Of a stretch of 64,000 bases of DNA, positions 59,141-64,000 are shown in pieces. This stretch comes from an uncultured delta proteobacterium (GTDB lineage: Bacteria > Bdellovibrionota > FAC87 > UBA2466). Numbering within the stretch: position 1 is the first letter of the stretch; each line of letters starts with the position of its first letter. The notes below the pieces were generated by a model, which did not search any database, was not told the origin of the DNA, and saw nothing but the letters and a program-made list of their open reading frames with translations. Made by a program: the position numbers and the translations under genes. Location of the stretch: NCBI GenBank assembly GCA_963778115.1, contig CAVZSV010000004.1, positions 1,216,001 through 1,280,000 on the forward strand, written 5' to 3'.

Positions 59141-59866
59141 TTACTTCGAATCGCTCTTTCCCTTGACCGTAATAGGTAAAAGCCAGATTGAACTTTTTGG
59201 AAGAAGGCGAATTCCCAAGGCGACACAGCGCCTTTTCACCGCTATCTCCTCGAACTGGCTTGTAGTTAACACAGTCCGAGAAGCCGGAAGCATTTGCGAT
59301 TCCCCCAGGTCGAGTCCATTTAGAGCAGAACCCGCAAATTCATAGTCGATGAGATAAAAGTCGTTAGCTAAGTCACCGTCTGAGTGTTTCAAATAAGAGG
59401 TCAACTCTTCTGGGCCAAAGAGATGAAAGAGGTTGTGGAATTCTATTTTTCCAAAGCGCTGAATCCATAGCTGGTGAATGCAAGGATCGTCGTCGACAAC
59501 GACCACCCGGCTCTCTTTTGAAATTTCCAATCCGCTAAGAAACCACGAGGGAATCGGACCTAGCCGCCCACTCGCTTCAGCGCTAGAGTTAGTTTGGTGA
59601 ATCCGTTGCAAATGGTTCGCGAGGTCTTTGATCCGAACCACGGCGGCCTTGGTAAGCACTCGGCAATCTTCTGCTACGGCCCCTTCGGTCATCTGGGACA
59701 GGTCATTTAACACACTATCGAGGGCCGCCAACGGAGAGCGCAGGTCATGGGCCACTTGGGCCGCGAATCGGGTGACTAGCTCGATTTGCTGAGCAGTCAC
59801 GTTTTCGCCCTTCAAAAGCTCGTCGAAGGTAGTAGTCGTCGATCCCAGAAAATCCCCCTTTCTCAA
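59141..59866 (-). CDS. HisKA plus receiver protein lacking an ATPase domain
   Basis: AAQVAHDLRSPL H-box, then VVVVDDD, YLIDY, NGLDL, LTTS and LPK. No N/G1/F/G2 boxes. Confidence 0.7.
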   Translation of the reverse strand: MRKGDFLGSTTTTFDELLKGENVTAQQIELVTRFAAQVAHDLRSPLAALDSVLNDLSQMTEGAVAEDCRVLTKAAVVRIKDLANHLQRIHQTNSSAEASGRLGPIPSWFLSGLEISKESRVVVVDDDPCIHQLWIQRFGKIEFHNLFHLFGPEELTSYLKHSDGDLANDFYLIDYEFAGSALNGLDLGESQMLPASRTVLTTSQFEEIAVKRRCVALGIRLLPKSSIWLLPITVKGKSDSK

Positions 59867-59990
59867 CCGCCTTTTTCGGCACGGAAACGAACCGGACGGC
59901 CGAAAGCTTGGCCATCTGGCGGCTGCCCAGGCTTTCCTTTAGCCTAACGGACCCCCCGAACGGCTGAAGGGACGGCCCGCCTAAAAAAAA

Positions 59991-61826
59991 ATGCAACCCT
60001 CGTGCCACGCTCTTAGAAGCCTCCATATCGAAAGACGGGTGCAAAAAGGGACCGCTATTGTGTTAGGTTGGTTCCCTGGGGATACGGAGGATGTGTCACT
60101 GAGAGATACTAAGAGACATCACGGTTTGCTAAGCCTTCTGGGCCTGGTTCTCGTATTTTGGTTGGCGTTGCCCGGGGGCCTACACGCCCAACCGCTCCCG
60201 GAAATCGCTTCTCGCATGACCCGAGCTATCCATACGGTAAGGCTCTTTGTCGAACAACCCCACAGCTTCGATTTTCGTCAATTGGAACGCTTGCGTCTGG
60301 ACAAACTCGAAGTGCTTTCCAATGAGAAGCTCATGACCGAGTTTGTAAAATATGCTTACGGCCCTGGTTTTCTTCATATCGATGCTTTCCGGACCGATCT
60401 CACTTACATCTTCCACAAGCTACAAGAACTCTCCTCTAGCAAAGAGATCGCGAAGCAGAAAGAGCTGGAAGCGCTGAAAGAGCGCCTAAGATCGGTTTCT
60501 TTCGACAAGTGGAGCTCGAGTTTTTCCCAAGCGTGTGAACAGATTAGTCCGCCTGAAGCCGCACGGACGGCGCGGATGAATCGGGCTAGCTCCTTTACGT
60601 TAAGTTCCCAAGATGCTTTTTTAAAGGCCACCATAAAGCCTGAGTACGCGCTTTGGTTGGCCCACTCGGCGCTGTCCTTGTGGATATCGGTGGGAAGCAT
60701 CTACCTATTCAAAGATTTGATCGATCTCAATGAACTGTCGGATCGAGAACAGGCTACTTTTGTTATTGGAACCGCCGTGGGTGCCCTAGGTACGTGGGCT
60801 CTGTTCATGGATCACTACCGCTGGATCGACCCCTTTCGCAAGCTCGTCGCTAAAAAGCAGTACAAGCGCATCATTAGGGCCTGGGAGAGGCTAGCAAGAC
60901 TCTATCCCGAAATTGCTTTTCCCACGATGGGAGCTGCCGCAGGATCAAAACTCGTTTCCACTGCTACCTACGCCGATGCCATGTCTGATGCCGCCTTTGA
61001 AGCCCTACTCGCTAGCGAAGATGAAGCTTCCCGAGAACAGAAGTTTAGAGTTTTTCGCAAAGAGATCGCCGAAGAGCAATACGTTAGAGCCATGCGAATT
61101 ACCGATAATTTGAAAAGACTCTATCCGGGATCGCACTACGCCAACTTAGCGGAGGCGATCAATGACGTGTACGTCATCAGAAAAAAACTGGCGCTAGCAA
61201 GTTTTCAAAAGCGATGTTTGTGGCTAACGATCCGAGTGGTGGCCATCTATCTGTCGGTTAAGCTCATGAACAAAGCGGTCGATTGGTACGCCCCCGAATA
61301 CATTAACCGTTGGCCCAAAATACCAGCCGCCTTTTTTGGTGTCTTAGGTGTGAAAAAGCTTCATCCCTTTTTCTTTCGTCCAGAAAAAACCGATAAAGCC
61401 GTTGAGATTTCAGACGACGACGAGAGTGCTCTGCAAGCGGCCATTGGCAGGGTCATTGATCTCGACCCTTCTGGGGAGATTGCCGCTTCTTTGGTAGCTC
61501 ACGCTGGCACAGGAAGGGCCGCTGCGGCTACGCGAGATGCTTTCATTGCTGAAGTTCTCTCGCGTAATCCCACGGGACAATTGACCGCCCGTCTTTTTGA
61601 AATTTTGGCCAACGAATTAGCGCAGAGTAGTTACTCAGGAAAACGGGTGAAGCAGTTGTCGGTAGCGGCGTTTGCCCTTCGTAAATCCTGTGCGGATACC
61701 CTTTTAGAAACTGCAGTGGGGATTCGCGCTAGTTTCAAAGGGGAAGATCCCACTACTATTTCAGATCCCGAACCCGATGCCGAGCCTCCCCTGCCCGTCG
61801 GACCTGAGGAAGCTCTCGCTTATTAG
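59991..61826 (+). CDS. Hypothetical membrane protein
   Basis: Long ORF with a signal-like segment and two hydrophobic hairpins. Probable GTG start at 60093 after GGAGG. Confidence 0.7.
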   Translation: MQPSCHALRSLHIERRVQKGTAIVLGWFPGDTEDVSLRDTKRHHGLLSLLGLVLVFWLALPGGLHAQPLPEIASRMTRAIHTVRLFVEQPHSFDFRQLERLRLDKLEVLSNEKLMTEFVKYAYGPGFLHIDAFRTDLTYIFHKLQELSSSKEIAKQKELEALKERLRSVSFDKWSSSFSQACEQISPPEAARTARMNRASSFTLSSQDAFLKATIKPEYALWLAHSALSLWISVGSIYLFKDLIDLNELSDREQATFVIGTAVGALGTWALFMDHYRWIDPFRKLVAKKQYKRIIRAWERLARLYPEIAFPTMGAAAGSKLVSTATYADAMSDAAFEALLASEDEASREQKFRVFRKEIAEEQYVRAMRITDNLKRLYPGSHYANLAEAINDVYVIRKKLALASFQKRCLWLTIRVVAIYLSVKLMNKAVDWYAPEYINRWPKIPAAFFGVLGVKKLHPFFFRPEKTDKAVEISDDDESALQAAIGRVIDLDPSGEIAASLVAHAGTGRAAAATRDAFIAEVLSRNPTGQLTARLFEILANELAQSSYSGKRVKQLSVAAFALRKSCADTLLETAVGIRASFKGEDPTTISDPEPDAEPPLPVGPEEALAY

Positions 61827-61943
61827 GCCGGAGTTCATTGACATTAAAACTGAACAGCGCTAACGGTTTGCTTCCACTCTACATGGGCACAACTTGGGGA
61901 TAGTCGTAATCGCAATTGGATTTTGTCCAACGGAGGTTCTCCC

Positions 61944-63605
61944 ATGTCACGCTCAAGAATCCAGTATCTTATTCTCTTGGTCTTCGTGATCAGTGCCCCT
62001 TCGTTTGCCGACCTCTTCGAATCGAAAATTCCCGCCTCCGCCAAAAGGCCTTTTTTCGTTCCCGGAACTATCGCTTATAAGACCTTCTCCAACGTCAAGG
62101 GTGCGCCTACGCGTCGCGTTCATAACTGTGTCTTGCTCCACGGCCACGGCTTCAGCCAACAGATCTTAGATTTTTTGAAGGAGAACGACGGCCGTAAAAT
62201 AGCCGAACTTAGTCCTTTACCTGTTGAAGTAAACCCTCAAGCGGCTCAATTGATGCCACCCAAGCTGAAAGAGATTTCAAGTGCGGATGCCACGACACTA
62301 GTAGCGTATTTTTATTATGGAAAGGAGTTCATCGATCGGCTGCTGGCGCAGGCTTGTGACAACGTCATCGTCCCGATTCAGGAATCTAATCAGTCAACCC
62401 ACATGGAACTCGTTCTGCGTACCGAACGTTTTTTAAAACGGGTAGCTTGCACCAGCGCCAACAACAACAAGCAATGGGGATGTGCTGCCGTCGGGCATTC
62501 GAAATTAGGCGGGGTGCTTACCAGCATCGTTAGAAGGTGTATGGGGGCGCTAAGTCTAGAAAAGGGGGGATCCGAGTTGGGTCAATTTGGCTGTGCAAAT
62601 TTAGGAAAAGTCTACAGTGCGGCCGGTGTTAATGAAGGAGTAGGCGCTACCGTGGCATTGTTAGGAGCCAAAACTCTGCGGGAACAGTACAACGAAAAGA
62701 AGGACGCTATGGACTCCTTCCTAAAACTCGCCGATACTTTCATGAATGCTTCCGCTCAGGTTGAAGAAGGGATGAAGCACTACCAGCTTCTGCAAAATGT
62801 CGAATCGCGCTTCGGACTGGATATCATCGGAGACTATATTAAAGGAGAGACAAACCCTTTGTGGTTAGACTTGAGCCCCATCGCGGCCACCGAAGACGGA
62901 GTTCCTCTTTTGGTGAGAAACCGGGATTTTGTACCGCTAAAGCAAGGTTGGTTTCAAGGAAGTTACGCGGCTTCGGCGACCAATTTTGACCTCTCCACCG
63001 GAGAAAAACTTTCGTGTGGAACTACAGCAAAACCGCAAAAAATTATTCCTGGCGGAGTTAATCTCCCCCTTCCGCGAGGAGGTTTACTTGCTCCTCCACC
63101 ACCGCCGCCGCCAGCGGGAGCGCCGGGGGCACCTGCCGCGGGAAAGCGCCCCCTTCTAGATGCCCTGCGCGGAGCGGTCCGTAACGGTGTTCAAAACGGA
63201 AAGACACCGATCTTAGACTTCATTCGAGATCCGCTGCTCACTTTGCACGATCAGGTCTGCGACCAATTTAATACCAAGATTGGCGAGCTTCATGAGCCTA
63301 AAGTCCAGCCCCTCTTTTTGGCGGGCTTGGGTGCTATGAAAAAAGTGGCAAAGGCCGAACATCTCACCGCTGCCGATGGAACTGTCGATTTCCTCAACGC
63401 CGTCACTTGGGAAAAATTTAACCACTCGGATGGTCTAGTAGATTATTCGCTATCCATGGACGTCTGTGAAAGAGGAAAGGCTATTGTCGACAAAACCAAA
63501 CAGGCAGTCATCTCATGCACCACTTTCAAGGATATCAACCACCTCCAGTACTCCGGCACCGCATTTGAAGTCGCTGACGACATCGTAGCGGTATTGACCC
63601 GATAA
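61944..63605 (+). CDS. Exported alpha/beta-hydrolase (lipase-like) protein
   Basis: GGAGG RBS, signal peptide, VLLHG, GHSKLGG, SDGLV, INHLQ and a Pro-rich insert. Confidence 0.65.
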   Translation: MSRSRIQYLILLVFVISAPSFADLFESKIPASAKRPFFVPGTIAYKTFSNVKGAPTRRVHNCVLLHGHGFSQQILDFLKENDGRKIAELSPLPVEVNPQAAQLMPPKLKEISSADATTLVAYFYYGKEFIDRLLAQACDNVIVPIQESNQSTHMELVLRTERFLKRVACTSANNNKQWGCAAVGHSKLGGVLTSIVRRCMGALSLEKGGSELGQFGCANLGKVYSAAGVNEGVGATVALLGAKTLREQYNEKKDAMDSFLKLADTFMNASAQVEEGMKHYQLLQNVESRFGLDIIGDYIKGETNPLWLDLSPIAATEDGVPLLVRNRDFVPLKQGWFQGSYAASATNFDLSTGEKLSCGTTAKPQKIIPGGVNLPLPRGGLLAPPPPPPPAGAPGAPAAGKRPLLDALRGAVRNGVQNGKTPILDFIRDPLLTLHDQVCDQFNTKIGELHEPKVQPLFLAGLGAMKKVAKAEHLTAADGTVDFLNAVTWEKFNHSDGLVDYSLSMDVCERGKAIVDKTKQAVISCTTFKDINHLQYSGTAFEVADDIVAVLTR

Positions 63606-63693
63606 CATTTCGCTAAAGCGAGATTTTATCCCTCTAATTTCGATTCTCGATTTTCTCGTTCGCCTGTGTTAGCTTGTCGAACCTGAAAAAGTG

Positions 63694-64000
63694 ATGAAAC
63701 GTACAAGCTCAGTTTTGTTGTTGTTATTAGTGGGTTTTTCGGCCCTTCCCCCAAGCGGTTTCCCCTGTTCGCTGGCAGTTGAGTCAGCGGCTCGGTACGC
63801 GCGTTGGACCTCCCATTCCTTTTTTCGATTACTACCCGATACCGAAAGATTCTATACGGGCCTTGCTGCCCGAACCGCAAAGGGAATTTACTTTGGTATT
63901 GGGGGCTATGTCATGAATCGCCATACTACCATCTTCAAAGAGATTGAAAGACGGCATGGAGAGATCCTCGAGGTAATCTGGGCTGGCGAAGTCCACGCGA
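63694..64000 (+). CDS. 5' part of a hypothetical exported protein, truncated by the window end
   Basis: Open frame MKRTSSVLLLLLVGFSALP...EVIWAGEVHA runs to the window edge with no stop. Confidence 0.6.
   Translation, partial: MKRTSSVLLLLLVGFSALPPSGFPCSLAVESAARYARWTSHSFFRLLPDTERFYTGLAARTAKGIYFGIGGYVMNRHTTIFKEIERRHGEILEVIWAGEVHA

Noticed and set aside
59870..59990. GC-rich intergenic stretch as an ncRNA
   Set aside because: Only short stems and no recognisable RNA family signature.
1..64000. Prophage, integrase, transposase, rRNA, tRNA, retron or defence system
   Set aside because: No ORF or sequence motif supporting these was found. The PLD-family protein has a signal-like N-terminus and no helicase or methylase partner.

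Overview
64 kb of roughly 50% GC bacterial chromosome. Gene content suggests Bdellovibrionota/Oligoflexia (inferred from a TIGR02147-type HTH protein, a GGNEVGNGG-type exported protein and many secreted hydrolases). The left half is accessory: NAD-dependent formate dehydrogenase, a 1716-aa Ig/NHL surface lipoprotein with recent 264-bp repeat expansions, secreted hydrolases, a carotenoid oxygenase, a BlaI/BlaR1-like pair with a tandem palindromic operator, a heavy-metal RND pump, and a LolA-like/ABC/beta-barrel operon divergent from a ceramide glucosyltransferase-like gene, followed by GT-C-like membrane proteins. The right half holds an aromatic amino acid supercluster (41.6-58.0 kb): a Trp-codon leader peptide, trpEGDCFBA, two DAHP synthase classes, tyrA and aroA-E-C-K-B-Q, with aroE frameshifted. 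Most notable: a BlaR1-like sensor ending in a class B PBP-type transpeptidase domain with an unknown divergent target, a TGS1-like methyltransferase, a papain protease with a cathepsin X-type insertion, a TrpE with altered feedback-site residues, and dispersed GTCATTGCGA-type palindromic elements. No rRNA, tRNA, CRISPR array, integrase or transposase was recognised. All family assignments come from motif reading; no searches were run.
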